Positions 48,530 through 61,296 are shown, numbered from the stretch's first letter. The stretch is 64,000 nt of DNA from Camelus ferus (GCF_009834535.1 NC_045707.1:33170001-33234000); one strand, 5' to 3'. The notes: generated from the letters alone by a model not told the origin. Numbers and translations are program-made.

Positions 48530-48840
48530 AATTTTTTAAAATTTCTTTATTGTGGTAAAACATACATAATATAAAACTGATCATTTAACCATTTTTAAGT
48601 GTACAGTACAGTGTGGTGCAACTAGCACTACCATTCATCTCCAAAAGCTTTCCATCTTCACCTGAAATTCTGTTTCATTAAACACTAACTTCCCATTCCA
48701 CTCTTTCCCAGTCCATGATAACCATCATTTTACTGTCTGTCTCTGTGAATTTGATGAGTCTAAGTACTTCATGTAGGTAGAATCATACAGTATTTGTACT
48801 TTTGTGACCGCCTTATCTCATAAAGCATAATGTCTTTAAG
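48530..48840 (-). mobile_element. L1MB-like 3'UTR
   Basis: 'tttattgtggtaaaacatacataatataaaa...catttttaagtgtacagt...gtagaatcatacagtatttgtacttttgtgac'. Confidence 0.8.
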
Positions 48841-49261
48841 GAGATCTTTTTTTTAAGACCATGAATAATTAATAATCTCTGTTGAAATCATGCCACGTGA
48901 CTCATAACCAGTTCTTACCACAGAATGGAGAGTCGATGAGCCCTGCAAACCATCTGACATTGTCCTAGGCAAGTTTCTCCCCAAAGGAAGAGGCAATATA
49001 TCACTGAACATTAAGGAAGAGTACTCGCATCTGTAACCTACTTGCTCCTTAGGTAAACTATTAGGCTGAGAGCCTCAGAATATAAAAAACTGGAAAAAGT
49101 TTCAGAGGAATTATGGGAAACTATGGTTGGATTTATAACTGGTGAGATACAGAGAGTTGCTGATAGATCATCATGAGTGTAAACAGGATCTGACCAGAGG
49201 AGTTGTTTGAAATAAATAATTTGGTAAAGACTGGCACACACTAGTCAGAACAGTCTGGTAA

Positions 49262-49760
49262 TGTTCAGTTATCTATTGTTGTGAACAAATATCCCCCAAA
49301 CCCAACGGCTTAAAATAGCCATTTTATTTTGCCCATAATTTTGTGGCTCAGGAATTTGGGCATGGCTCAGCCGCACAGTTCTGCCCTGGGGTTTCTCCTG
49401 TGGTTGCACTAAGATGTCAGCTGGCACATCCAACATGGGTGGGCAGACAATGCTGGTTCTTGGTTGAGAGCACAGCTGGGCCATCACTGGAGTGACTACA
49501 CGTCGCCTGCCCAGCATAGCGGTCTCAGGATACTCAGACTTCTTACACGGCTACTGGCTTAACCTGGCACAAGCTGCCCGGGAGAGCCAGAGAGGAGATC
49601 TGTGGCCTTTGATGGTCTCTCTTTGGAAGTCACAGAGCATCTCTTCTGCCACACTCTATCGGTCAAAACAAGGTTGCTCAGATTGGAATGAAGTGGATAT
49701 GCACGCCACCTCTCAATGGGCAGAGAAGAAAAGGATTTGCAGCAATTTTTAAAATCACCT
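49262..49760 (-). mobile_element. MaLR LTR (MLT1H-like)
   Basis: 'tgttcagttatctattgttgtgaacaaatatccccc...gtggctcaggaatttgggcatggctcag...ggaagtcacagagcatctcttctgccacactcta'. Confidence 0.75.
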
Positions 49761-49849
49761 CTACGTGTAGAAAGATGCTTTAACTTAGTTATAATAAATT
49801 TGTTGTGCTGTGGCAGGAGGAGTTTTTAGAATCTAGCCCAAGAAGTATC

Positions 49850-50150
49850 CAGGATCTACAAAATTTTATGTAGTGGCTCCGTGCTTCTAATGACCCTTTC
49901 TCCTGCTTCTTGTCTTTAAAAAAGATGTGATGGCTGCAGCTCCAGCATCTGTCATGGACCATGAAGTGGCCTCAGGAATGGAAGCTGCCTACTACGAAAA
50001 GTGGAACAAAAATGTACAAGGAGTTACTGACGGCTGTGAAGCCGCCTTGCTAGCCATGAACTGTCCTGCAAAAGAAAATTTCTGTCGCATTTTAGCCAAT
50101 GTTATTTCCGCTCTCTGTTATTAGCAGCTGAATGCTACACTTTCCAATTT
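49850..50150 (+). mobile_element. Old MaLR LTR fragment (MLT1K-like)
   Basis: 'gatgtgatggctgcagctccagcatctgtcatggaccatgaag...ttattagcagctgaatgc'. Confidence 0.5.
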
Positions 50151-50309
50151 CTCTAACTAGTCAATTAAGTTCTGAGTCTAGAAAGACTTGGGAGCAGCTA
50201 AGCTGAAGATTAGGATGGTTAAAAAAAAAAACAAAACTGTAATTTTCAATGTGATATTCATCCATCTTAAGCATAGCATTTATCAAAATTGGACTCTAAA
50301 ATATTAAAT

Positions 50310-52600
50310 AGTCATTGATTGAATACTCATTGTGTGGATGAAAAACAAGTGAATAAATAATTACATCGAGCTATAATGCAAAAACAGAAATGTGTGAAGT
50401 ATTGTGGTTGGACAGCTAATGGAGTGACTCTTTCAGGTCGATGGATCAGTGAAGTTTGGAGGTAGTGACATTTGGGTTGGGTTTTGAAAGATGAGTAGGA
50501 ATTTATAAGGTGAATAAGGAAGAAATGGAAGAACATTTCTGGCAGATGGAATAGAAATGCCAAGCCCAGAGGTGTGAAATAGCCCATGGTGTTGTAAGCC
50601 TGAGGAGTCCCGGTGCTTCTGGAATAAAGAGGCAGAAAAAACAGAGTTTTGAAGACTTGGATGCTTGAAGTCTGTCAAACACAGATCTGAATCCCAACTC
50701 TGACACTTGGTAGCTAGGTGACCTTCGGCAACAGTTATCCAGTGTATGCTAAGGAGATTGGACTTCATGATGTAGATTGAGGGTGCCCCAGAAAAGAGAG
50801 AAGCAGATTTGGGTTTTGCAGATCACTCTGATATGGCAGCTCAAAGAATTGTTAGAACTGTCATTCAGAAAACATTTGCTGAGCGCCTATGATGTCTGCA
50901 CACGGAGGCACTGAGGGTTCAGTGATGACCAAACAAACAAAATCCCCATTCACCTTAGTGGAGTTTATGTTTTACGAGGGAAAACAGATAATAAACAAAA
51001 AGGCACATAAATATATAACGTAAGTGCCAAGAAAAAAAATTAAGAGTAGAAAGTGAAGGGGTTGACTGCTATTTTATGTAGGCTGGTTTAGAAAGGCATC
51101 TCTGAAAGAAGATGTTTGAACTGAAAGAAGTAAAGGAGTGAGCCATGAAGAAAGAACAAGGACACCATCTCAAGGGAGGGGCATGCTTGGCATGTCTGAG
51201 ATCCATTTGCCCAGAAGAGAGCTGTAGGAACCCAGTGTGGTAAACCCGGTGGGAACCTGGGAGGCCCTGACCAACTGGGGAGGAAGTGAAAAAGAGAGAA
51301 AGAGATGGAGGTGTCCATTTTTGCAGGGCTTGATGGCCAGCTGGATATAGGCAGTGAGAAAAGGGAAGGAATCTCCTGTGATTGCCAGATTTCTGGACTG
51401 GACAAATGCATGGTGGTCTCATTGATGGAAACAGGGACCGCAGGAACGGGGTGTGCAATGAAGTCAGTTTGAGACCTGTTGAGTCCAGTGTGCTGATGGA
51501 AATCCCAGTAAAGATGCCTTGTAGACCTTTGTGTATATATGTATATACAGCTCAGGAAGGAGATGTGGCCCAAAGATACAGGACATTAGCACTTTACTGA
51601 GATATTCATCTTCAGAGTTTGGTCATTTCCTCATTCATTCACTCAACTAATATTTACTGAGAGCCAAATACTATGCAAGACCGTGGACAGAGAAAATGAA
51701 ACAGTCCGTGATCACATGACGCTTACAGGTAGACAGACAAAAAGGAAATAAACAACAAAATAACATATAACTGCAACTTGAAACATGATGCAAAGGAAAC
51801 AGACACAGGGCTAAGAAAGTATGGAATCTCTTAGGAGAAGGGCTCCCTGAGGTTTTCTTGAAGCTGAAACCTAGAGGATAAGATGGAGACATCCATGCAG
51901 AGTGTGGGGACTAGCCTGGGTGACAACCCGAAGAGAAAGCCACAGAAGGTCAGAGAGAAGATGCTCAAGATGAGCTTGGAGAAGTAAGCAGAGGCTGAGT
52001 CATACAGGTCAGGTGGGCTACCGTACAAAAAATGTTTGAACATTTTTAAGAATGGCAATGACAAGACACAACTTATGGTTTAAAAGAAGTCATCTTGTGT
52101 GTTTTCCAGGTGAGCAGGAGAGACGAGGAGGTAATAGAAGCAAAGAGAAACCAGCAAACAAGGCTATTGCAGCAATCCTGGTGAAAGATACGCTTGGACT
52201 AGGGTAGAACAAAGAAGACAGAATTGTGAGGTTCAGATGTATTTGGAGGTGGAACATTGGAGATTTGGTGATGGATTGGGAGTGGAGAATAAAGAAGAGA
52301 TAATTTAAAAATGACTTCCAGGTCTCTGATGATGAGTTAGGTGCTTGGTGGAATTATTTACGTTGCTGAGAAGACAGAAAAGAAACGTTCTGGAGATGTG
52401 AGATGAGGAGGTCAGCTCTGGCTCGGTCAAAGCTGAAATGCCTGAGAAGTTGTCAAGCAGATAGAAGTGTAAGATTGGGTTCAGGGATGATCTCTTTTCT
52501 GGGGACAGATATTTTGGAACCATCAACATACAGATGGAATTAAAATCCATAGGAATGTATGCGATCACCGAGAGAAGAAAACCCTGGAAAATTTCGGCCT
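50310..52600 (-). mobile_element. Cluster of L2 fragments (with a small MIR at about 50660-50750)
   Basis: Repeated antisense L2 termini ('tcattcagaaaacatttgctgagcgcctatg', 'cattcattcactcaactaatatttactgagagcc') and internal L2 blocks ('gatatttggaggtgg', 'atgcctgagaagttgtcaagcag'). Confidence 0.7.
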
Positions 52601-53526
52601 TAGGGCTGAGAAAAATAAAGAAGAGAGGATGGCAACTAATATTGGATGTGTTTAACTTACAGTGTGAATTCCTGAGACAGCTCGTTAAGGTAAGGACAAC
52701 ACCATGGTAGAAGTTTCCTGTCTATCCTTTCAACATACTTCTGCTTTGCATTGGTATATTTTTATTTCTAGTCACAAGCCCTACACAAGCTATAGGAATA
52801 GTTGTTATTAATCCAATTGTTTATTTAGTAAAAGAAAGTAACAACTCCCCTCTCTCCCATGTTATCTGTCTCTAAATTTGCCAAATGGAAAAAGGAAATA
52901 AAAAAAGGTGGAAGATGTCTGACCAATTAAAGAAATGAGCATGCAGTTTAATTTCACATATTCAAGAATTATCATTTCATGAAGATTAACATGCTTTCCT
53001 TTTAATTGTAATGCCTGTTTGCTCTAGTACCATGCATTTGATAACTTTGTTAAGGTATATTTGCTGCTGAATATCAACCATTGTTCATTGAATAAAGATG
53101 TTCTGAAACAAACACCAAGATGAGCAACTGCTTTCAGAAGCAGAAAAAGGAAGTCAGCTTTGAGTTTCCTGTAAGATAAAGCAGTAACAGGTACATGCTG
53201 GTCCCAGTCAAAAGGAGCAAAGCAATTGCTTTGTGTAGTCAGTGAGAAATTCTGAGAAATTGAATTTAGAGGTAAATGGATGAGAGGGAAGAGAAAATTT
53301 GAACCATCTTTAGTTTCAAATCTGGAACTCTAAAAAAGACCTAAAAGGAGGTGCCTGTCACCACTACAAACTTTGTAGCCACCGGCACCTTATCGGGCTC
53401 TCTCACTATAAAGCAACAAACCACCATTACCTGCAGCTCCCTAAGGACAGAGATTTGAGCTCTGACATGGCCATAGAAAGCAGAGGTCTCTAGGAATGCC
53501 TACTGAGCTTGAAGAATACAGATGAG

Positions 53527-53652
53527 TTTTTTTTGTTTTGTTTTGTTTTGTTTTGGTGGGGTGGAGGTTTATTTACTTATTTCTAGGGGATTGAACCCAG
53601 AACCTCATGCATGCTAGGCATGCGCTTTACCACTTGAGGTGTACTTCCCCCT
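53527..53652 (-). mobile_element. tRNA-derived camelid SINE (Vic-1-like)
   Basis: The minus strand reads 'gggggaagtacacctcaagtggtaaagcgcatgcctagcatgcatgaggttctgggttcaatcccc' (A and B boxes), followed by an (AAAAC)n tail. Confidence 0.9.
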
Positions 53653-54229
53653 CACCCGATATTCTTTTTAAGTGTCTCGTATTATCTGTTTTGTTATCTC
53701 CCCCCCTTCACGTTCCCCTTTTTGGTTTTGCTGTCCAAGATTTTTCTGTACAATATTTCCCCCACTTCAAAGCTTTCCTTAACCACTAAATCTTGCGGAT
53801 TCCAATCTACCTTGCAGCCCAAAGTTCTGCCTCAAACGTGGAGACTATTCAAACACGAGACTGAGGGAGAAGGGGGATATGAACTGGTTGTCGTTTCAGA
53901 CTCCTTCATATCCTCCCATTGTGTGCATTCTGACGGGTGGGAAAGTCGTCCCCTCCAACATCACACACAAATATACACACACCCTCTCAGATGTAACTCT
54001 CACTCCTGGTCAACAAATATTGCAATAGTTCCCTTTGAACAGATGTGACCTGTGGATTTATTCGATGACCCTCACCGGAAATAATTTGGGGTCAAGGGAG
54101 AAGACTGCCTTCCTCCCCAGGAGAGCCTTCATTGTGTACCTTCCAGTTAATGAGCCTCTCTCTGAGCTGCAAACTGGGCGCGTTATTATCCGTGTTGGCA
54201 AGGCTGGAGGAAGAGGTTAGTAGCAAACC

Positions 54230-55560
54230 TCCTGGGCCCCCGGGGCCATCAGCCCTGGCTTCCTCCTGGCCCGAGGGCAGACCGACAAAAATCCACCCGG
54301 GTTCCTCTCCGTTTCCCAGGGGGACCACGGAGGGGAGAAAAGTAATCGATTTTGTCTGGCGCTGCGGCGCGCCTAACACTTCCTGCGGTGATTTGTAGCC
54401 GGGGCTGGAGGTTGAGAGCTTCCCATTGGCTCGCGGGCCGACGCCGCGCAGTCTGGGGGGGCGGGGCCGGGAGAAGAGGCGGGGCCGGGCGCGGGCTCGG
54501 AAACTTAACTCCTGAAAGCCGAGGGGGCGACGGCCACTCCCCCGGCGCTCCCTCCTGGGGGGTCTGTTGGCTCGCGGATTTTTTTCTTTCAAGAATGAGC
54601 GGATGCCAGTGACAAGTTAATAGCTCTCGCTGCTCTCCTAGGTTAAACGGAACCTCATTCCTGCCTGAGTCTCCTTCCACCGACCTGCCCCAGGCCGCCG
54701 GTGCAAGGGCAGGGACCGCGCTCACCACGGTGCCGTGGGTCGGGGGGGAGCAGTGCTGCGGCTCCTCGGCGGCCTCCGCACGGGCTTCGGCTCCGCCCAC
54801 ACTCCTGGGAGCAGACCCCCTGCCCCAAACTTGCGTCCAGCCGGCCTTCTCCCTCACACACTCACCCCTGCCTCCTCTCACACACATCCCTGCTTCCTCT
54901 CACGTGCACCGGTTCCTCTCCCTCCCGGCCGGCTCCTCTCACCATGTAGCTTCCTCCGGCAACGTGCCCGCACTCACTCCAGCTCCCACACTAGGACCAG
55001 CCCACGCCCGGCGGGCCCCTCGTGCGGATCCTGGGAACCGAGCAGGGCCCCTCCGCCCCGTCCCTGTCCCTCGTGCCATCCATCTCCCCTCCCGTCGGCC
55101 GCCGAGACTTCAAAGGCGGCCTGGCCGCTGGAGGTCCTCCTCCCGGCGACGCAGATCGCGGGCGGCCCGGGGCGCGGGCGGGACTGGGGGCCCTGCCAGG
55201 CCGCAGCCGCGAGCACCCCGCTGCAGGAGCCTGTTCCCCCCAACCCGGCGGGAGAGAACTTTCCGACGAAGGCGGATGCTTGGTGCCTGACCCTGTCTCC
55301 TGAGAGAGTCTCCCTCGGAGCTTAAGCCCTATTTCCTTCCTTCTTTCCTCCCTCCAGTTCGGTCACCCCTCATTGATAGGCTCTAATCCTCGGATCGGAA
55401 CTGCTTCTGCCTGGAAGATTTGGCTGCCTTTTCCCTTGCTCTCCGCGTTCCTGAAAAGCCGATTCGTTCTGAGCCGCATTGACGGCGGGGGCTGCGGGAG
55501 GAGGGCTGCTTCCAACTCTGGCACCACCTGGGTGGTCGCCGTGACCGAGTGATTCCTTTA
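54230..55560. promoter_or_regulatory. CpG island 2, promoter (minus-strand first exon(s) likely; may be bidirectional)
   Basis: GC boxes at 54458-54467 and 54476-54485, NF-Y box AGCCAATGG on minus (ATTGG 54425-54429), ETS CACTTCCTG at 54377-54385. Minus-strand donors GTG|gtgagc (exon end 54726) and GAAG|gtacac (exon end 54140). Confidence 0.9.
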
Positions 55561-56291
55561 CAGCCATTCTTCTCGACTCTATAAAGGCTATTTTGCATAG
55601 AATAGTTAAAGCCGCTGAAGTACTCTGTTTTGGCATTGATCTCGCAGGGGTACCATGACTAGCTTATAGAGATCTGTATTCAACTAGATGACGAGATTTT
55701 TGAGGGTAGGGATGTGTTACTTACTCAGTTCCATGGCTCCAGGTCCTAGTACAAGGGCCTGGGCAAATAAACAGTAGCTGTGCCTTCCATGATGTTGAAT
55801 TCAACAGAATTAGCTTTTTCCCTGAAGCTTTCCAAACTCATTATCGAATACACTTAAAATGTTATATAAAGGGTTCCAAGAAGAAGAGAAAGGAGAAGGG
55901 GAGAACGAAAAGGAGGATAGGGTAGGGAATTCCAGAGGAATCTCAGATCCTCTGAAAGAAATAGGTTAGATTTACATCTTCAAAGCTAAACCAGACTGAT
56001 CCTGCACATCCAAATGAGAACACAGAAAGTTCTTAAAACCATCATTAAATACCTCAGAGTTCATATTGTTTTCCAGGCTAAGAATGCCTACCTTCCTCAA
56101 CAGGTAATATTCTCTAACTTTGCATTGTCTTTATTACTTTTATGACCCAACTTCACACTCTGCGTAAGTGCTGATTTGTGAACACAAGGCAAAACTGGAC
56201 ACAGACTGTTCAAATCCAGAAAATGACAACTTATATATATATTTTTTCAGTGAGAAAACTTTCAGTCTATTTAAAGAAAGGGCAAGGGTTA

Positions 56292-56448
56292 GGGGGTAGG
56301 GTATAGTTTCAGTGGTAGAGTGCTTGCTTAGCACACACGCAAGGTCCTGGGTTCAATCCCCAGTTCCTCCTCGAAAAAAAAATAAATAAGTAAACCTAAC
56401 TACCTCCCCCTCAAAAAATAAAAAAAACATTAAAACAAAGCAAAACAA
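56292..56448 (+). mobile_element. tRNA-derived camelid SINE (Vic-1-like) with a 19-bp TSD
   Basis: 'gggggtagggtatagtttcagtggtagagtgcttgcttagc...aaggtcctgggttcaatccccag'. TSD aaagaaagggcaagggtta (56273-56291) vs aaagaaaggacaagcgtta (56449-56467), 17/19 identical. Confidence 0.95.
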
Positions 56449-56549
56449 AAAGAAAGGACAAGCGTTAACATAACCAGATTAGCTTTTTAGAAAAATTGGT
56501 GTTAGTATGGAGGCAGTATGCAGACTAACCCTATGACAGGGCATTAATG

Positions 56550-57045
56550 AACATAGTATACCCTCCTGTATATTGTTTACAGTATAGACAAAATTTTTCA
56601 TTCAACAATAAAGTTTTGAGATATAATCATTTCAAGACACATAGATCTTTATTTTAACTGCTGTATAGTTTTCCATTAAATGAATATTCCAAAATTTACT
56701 TACTTGTCCTCCCAGTACGAACACATAGAGGACCTTTTTATTTTCCTATTACAAAGAATGTTGTAGTGATGTCCTTGTAGTGAGTGGTCTCCTTGTTTGC
56801 TCATGAGTGTTTCTCTTACTTTTGTCCCTAAACATTAAATTGCTGGGTCCTTAAAAATTAAATACCTTAATCTTCACTAGACAGTGCCAGATTGCTCTTC
56901 AAGGTGCTTACAATGATCTGCTTGCTCATTAATCATGTATCAGGCCCCTGCTCTCCCCACAGCCTGAACAACACTTGGTATTATTTCCCCCGATCTCACA
57001 GATGCGAAATTAAATGTCATTTAAATTCACATTTCCCTGATTCCT
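56550..57045 (-). mobile_element. Ancient L1 (L1ME-like) fragment
   Basis: 'ttaactgctgtatagttttccattaaatgaatattcc' and 'cactagacagtgccagattgctcttcaagg' match antisense L1. Confidence 0.65.
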
Positions 57046-57159
57046 CATTCAAGTCTTTTAAAACTTTTAACTAGCACTGTCAAATAGAACTTTCTGTGAT
57101 GGTGGCAATGTTTTCCCTTTCATGGATTTCTCCTCACTTTAGTTAGTCCTCTAAACTAC

Positions 57160-57616
57160 CATCAATTTTCCTCCAAAGGAAATCTGATCATGTCAACCCA
57201 ACAATTTTAAAATATGACAAACTAAAAAGGTTTAGATTACCTATGGTTTCTTGCCTATAGGTGATACCAAATTATAAAGCTTGGCAAGCAAGAGTTTTAC
57301 ACCTAGCCCTGCTCTATTTTTCAACTTTACCTCCCGCCCCTCAGCCCTACAAGCTCTCACTCATCTCTAATATACCATATGCCAGCTCATCATTGAACCT
57401 TTGTTCATACAGTTCTCTCACCTTGTTATGTTTTTGATTCCTTCCCCTACCAGTCCTGCTTCTTTACTTGTGTGTCTCCTCTACCAGACTGAGTTTCATG
57501 AGGAGAGAAGAAGTTACAGTGTTCATTTTATTTTTGTATCCCTATTACCTCTCCTAGTGCAAACCAAAAAGCTGGGGCTCAGTAAATGTTTGCGGAATGC
57601 ATGAATGATTGAATGA
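57160..57616 (+). mobile_element. L2 3' end
   Basis: 'aaatctgatcatgtcaaccc' through 'ctcagtaaatgtttgcggaatgcatgaatgattgaatgaa'. Confidence 0.6.
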
Positions 57617-57691
57617 AGTGTTCTAGGAAAAAAATTGCCTGAAGGGGGAAAAATCTAAGATACAGTATCATAACTTTAAAACAGTATTCTC

Positions 57692-58054
57692 TATCTTAGT
57701 CCTTTGGGTCCGCTATAACAAAATACCATAGACTGGCTGGCTTATAAACAACAAACATTAATTTCTCACTGTTCTGGAGGCTGGGAGGTCCAAGATCAAG
57801 TCACTGACAGATCTGGTGCCTGGTGAGAGCTCACTTCCTCTTGGATGGCACCTTTTTGCCATGTCCTCACATAGGGGAAGGGGCAAGGGAGTTATCTAGA
57901 GTTTCTTTTATAAGGGCACTAATCCAGTTCATTGGGCTCCACCTTCATGACCTAATCATCACTCAAAGTTCCCACCTCCTAATACGGTCACACTGGGCAT
58001 TAGGTTTCAACAGATGAATTTGGGGAGGGGGCCACAAACATTCAGACCATAGCA
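57692..58054 (-). mobile_element. MaLR solo LTR (MLT1A-like)
   Basis: Full length, from 'tatcttagtcctttgggtccgctataacaaaataccatagactgg' to 'acaaacattcagaccatagca'. Confidence 0.9.
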
Positions 58055-58187
58055 CCCTCTATCAACCATGGGCTATAGGTATTTTGAAACAGGCACTTCC
58101 ATTGATCTGTATTCTCTTCCACTGATCTTTTTATTTCTGCTATTCATTTTTTCCTATTAATATAAGTAAGAAAAAATTCCCCAAACG

Positions 58188-58680
58188 TATCAGTTTGGAA
58201 TGCTTCAGCTACAAGAAACAAAGAAACAAAAATAAAACAACAAATAAAACCTGATGACCAGTAACGGAAACAAAAATTTTTTCCAAGTTATAAGAAGCCT
58301 GAGGGAGAGGCCTGCTGGGGCAGATTCTATGGCATCTCTGCTCATCTCTGACGTTTTCTCAGCGTCACGGAGCTGCTCTTGCTCCTGGAACATTCATAAT
58401 CAATGCAGGGTAGAATAAGGAAGGGTCAATGCCCACATGACTGTTCTTTAATGAGGAGAGCAAAAATTTTCCCACAGCATCCCACCATAACAAATTTCCT
58501 ATCATCCCATTGGCCAGAATTGGGGAAATGAGCACTCTGAGCTGCAAAAGACCTGAGCATTACCATCACAATTATGAGCTGAAGCCTGGGCCTGGACACA
58601 CTGCCAACACAAGGCAAATAGATCTCCGCTAGCAAGGAAGAATGAAGGATAGTGGGTACTTAACGAAGCATCTTCCATAA
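58188..58680 (-). mobile_element. Old MaLR LTR (MLT1K/L-like)
   Basis: 'tatcagtttggaatgcttcagctacaag...tcccattggccagaattgggg...gagctgcaaaagacctg'. Confidence 0.55.
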
Positions 58681-59739
58681 AACATGATCCCAGCATTTAA
58701 GTATTAAAACCAAAAGTCTAGTCTGATCTCTTGTTCTAACCACTCCTATTCCACCTCCCAGGAGGCATAGAGGCCTGAAGGCTTAGAAAAGGTATAGGAT
58801 TTTAGGACTTCTGACTGGCAGGCTCTGTTCTCTCTTAAAAGGAAGTGGTGGGGAAGGGAGGAGCAGGGAATGTGTTGGGGTGGTAACACTGAAAATGGGC
58901 TTAGTGGAAAAGGAGATAGATGAAATTGGACTTAGGAAGTTGCCTATAAACTAGGGCTGCCGCTCAGATTGTTCCCATGTGACCCATGGATCACAGAAGT
59001 GGAAATTCAGGATTTACCTTTTTAAGATCCCAGACAGTCCACCCAAGTCAAAGAGGGTGACAGCAGTGCTGAAGCAGGGCAGGAGGAACACAGGAATTAA
59101 GCTGAAGGGAAACTGTCAGGGTAAACCACATACCTCTCTTTATTTCAAGTGCTGTGCACCCAATCCCTGAAAGCAAAAGATTTGAATCAGATTCTGGAAT
59201 AAAGCAATTGTTTATGGCAGTTTAGAAGACTAAAGTGGCAAGAAAGATTTCATGCAAGGGAGATCTATGAACAACATACTATATATTCTCTGTATGTTGT
59301 CAACAGGATAATGGAAAGGGATGAAATAAGAACATCATTTCTTGATACTTTTAAGAAGATATGGAGAAATTATGGTTGTGTGCATGCCCCATGTGCCTGG
59401 CATAAACTTCCCACCTTTTCGATTCCCCAAAATTCTAACTTTTCTTCAAATCTTACTCTGGAATTTGTTACTGCAACTCAATTTTCATTTATCTTTTTAG
59501 CAAGTAACTTGGAGTAAGTTCTGTTTGAGTACATTTCCGGCACCACAAAGACACCAGCTCTTGAGAGTAACTTTTTGGAGAATGATGGAGGACACAGTCT
59601 GCTAGAGAAATAATGACTTAAAAGGATGATTACACCGGCCTGTGAACAAGTGGCTAATTTCTTTTTTCTCTGTACTTCAAATGCACTTTAAAATAAGTAT
59701 ATAGACACTTTTTAAAGGAAGATAACCTGTTCTAGTCTC

Positions 59740-60510
59740 CTTATAATGGATCATCTAAATGGTCCAGCTTATAATAAAAATGTACTGAGCAAAAAAGTAG
59801 GAAAATGTGACTCATAGTCAAAGAAGCAATCGATAGAAATAGATACCGAGGTTCCTCAGATGATGGAATTAGGTGAGAGGAACTTTAAAGCAGTGATTAT
59901 AAATATGTTCAAGAACTTAGGAAATGACAGGCGTAATGAGTGAATAGATGGGAACTATCAGCAGAGAACTGGTAACAGAAAAATGGAAATGCTAGACCTG
60001 ACAGCTATAATATCTGTAATGAGAAACCTGCTGAATGGGCTTCACAGCACATTAGAGTCTGCAGAACAAAGGGCCAGTAAACCTAAATACAGATCCAGAA
60101 AAATTATTCAGTCCATAGAACAAAGAGAAAAAAGACTTATTTAAAAACTGAATGGAGCTTCAGTGAGTGGTAGCAACATGTCAAGCAGCCTAATGTGTGT
60201 GTTGGAATCTCAGAATGAAGAGAGAGAGAATGGGGCAGAAAAAATATTGGAAGAAATAATAGCCCTCAATTTCCCAAATTTAGTTTGAAAAAGTCATATA
60301 AACAAACAAAAAATGACCTACAAACCCAAGAGGCTCTGCAAACCCCAGACAAGATAAATACAAGGAAAACCACATTTCAGCACATCATAGTCAAACTGCT
60401 GAAAACCAAAAACAAAATGTAAAACAGCCAGAGGGAAAAAGAAAGCAAATTATACACATGGGAATGATATACAAATGAAGACTGACCTCTCATCAGAAAC
60501 AACGGAGAGG
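59740..60510 (+). mobile_element. Ancient L1 ORF1-region remnant (L1M-type)
   Basis: 'cagatgatggaattag...tttaaagcagtgattataaatatgttcaagaac', 'gaaaaaatattggaagaaataatagcc', 'cacatcatagtcaaactgctgaaaacc' and 'gactgacctctcatcagaaac'. The frame is disrupted. Confidence 0.8.
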
Positions 60511-61059
60511 TAAAATGAGTATATGGATGTTACTTTTATAATACTGAGGAAACGAATGAGGAAGAGGAACAAAAAATAATGGTGGGGCAGCCAAAAAGAA
60601 GAAACTTCTGGATGCTAGAAGTAGATTTGAGGGTGCCTTGTAGAAGCAGCTTGGCTACTCAGCCTCCTCTAGAGAATATAAAAGAAGTAACATGCATGAA
60701 ACCCTCAAGGAGCTAACAGTGGCAGTGGTAGTGTTTGATTAGCTGTAATAAGGTCAAAGAGAGAAGACAGAAGTGAGCTAGTGTGGCTGTGGACGGTGGG
60801 GAAGGGCAGGTGGGAGGAGAGATTAAACTGCGTTTGAAGAATACAGTCAGATTTGGATAGAGATGGCACTCAGCTTAGGGGACTAGCACTTGAGCAAAGG
60901 TGGAGAAGTGTGTGTGCTGCCCTCAGGAATCTGATCTACATGGAAGTGGGCAGGGAGGAAGGAGTGCAAAGGGCAGGGAGGATCATGCTTTACTTTCTTT
61001 CCTGCCTTTATTGATTGTCTGTGAGGGGCTGCAGGTCGTATAGGATAGGGATTAAATTT

Positions 61060-61296
61060 TGAGACTCTGAAATGTCCAGACTGCTTACTTTCAAATCCTA
61101 TTTTGACACTTATTAGCCAGCTACCAAGGCAAGTTACTTAATCTCTTGGGTTTTTCAGTTTCTTCACTTGTAAGTGGATAGTAAAACTGTATCACCCGGG
61201 TGTCATGAGGATTGAATGCAAAAAATATGCATGTAAAGCTCTTAGAGCAGTGCCTGGAATAAAGTAAATGCTTGGTAATGTTTGCTGTCATTATTA
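61060..61296 (+). mobile_element. MIR SINE (near full length)
   Basis: 'ttcaaatcc...ccaaggcaagttacttaatctc...cagtttcttcacttgtaag...catgaggattgaatg...taaagctcttagagcagtgcctgg'. Confidence 0.75.

Noticed and set aside
40363-53440. Other isolated strong minus-strand donors (exon ends 40363 and 53431; also 16501 and 34047 outside this span)
   Set aside because: Isolated GT/AG signals are frequent by chance in 64 kb. They do not join into a consistent frame.
45340-55560. Identification as NCOA7 (recalled to have two promoters about 10 kb apart)
   Set aside because: I could not find the expected first coding exon (MDTKEEKKERKQSYFAR) on the minus strand. No gene symbol is assigned.
54092-55636. 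ORFs of up to 212 aa in CpG island 2
   Set aside because: Same GC-content artefact: overlapping on both strands and low complexity.
53527-56448. tRNA genes at the two tRNA-like sequences
   Set aside because: Both lack a proper acceptor stem, carry a SINE body with an A-rich tail, and one has a TSD. They are SINEs.
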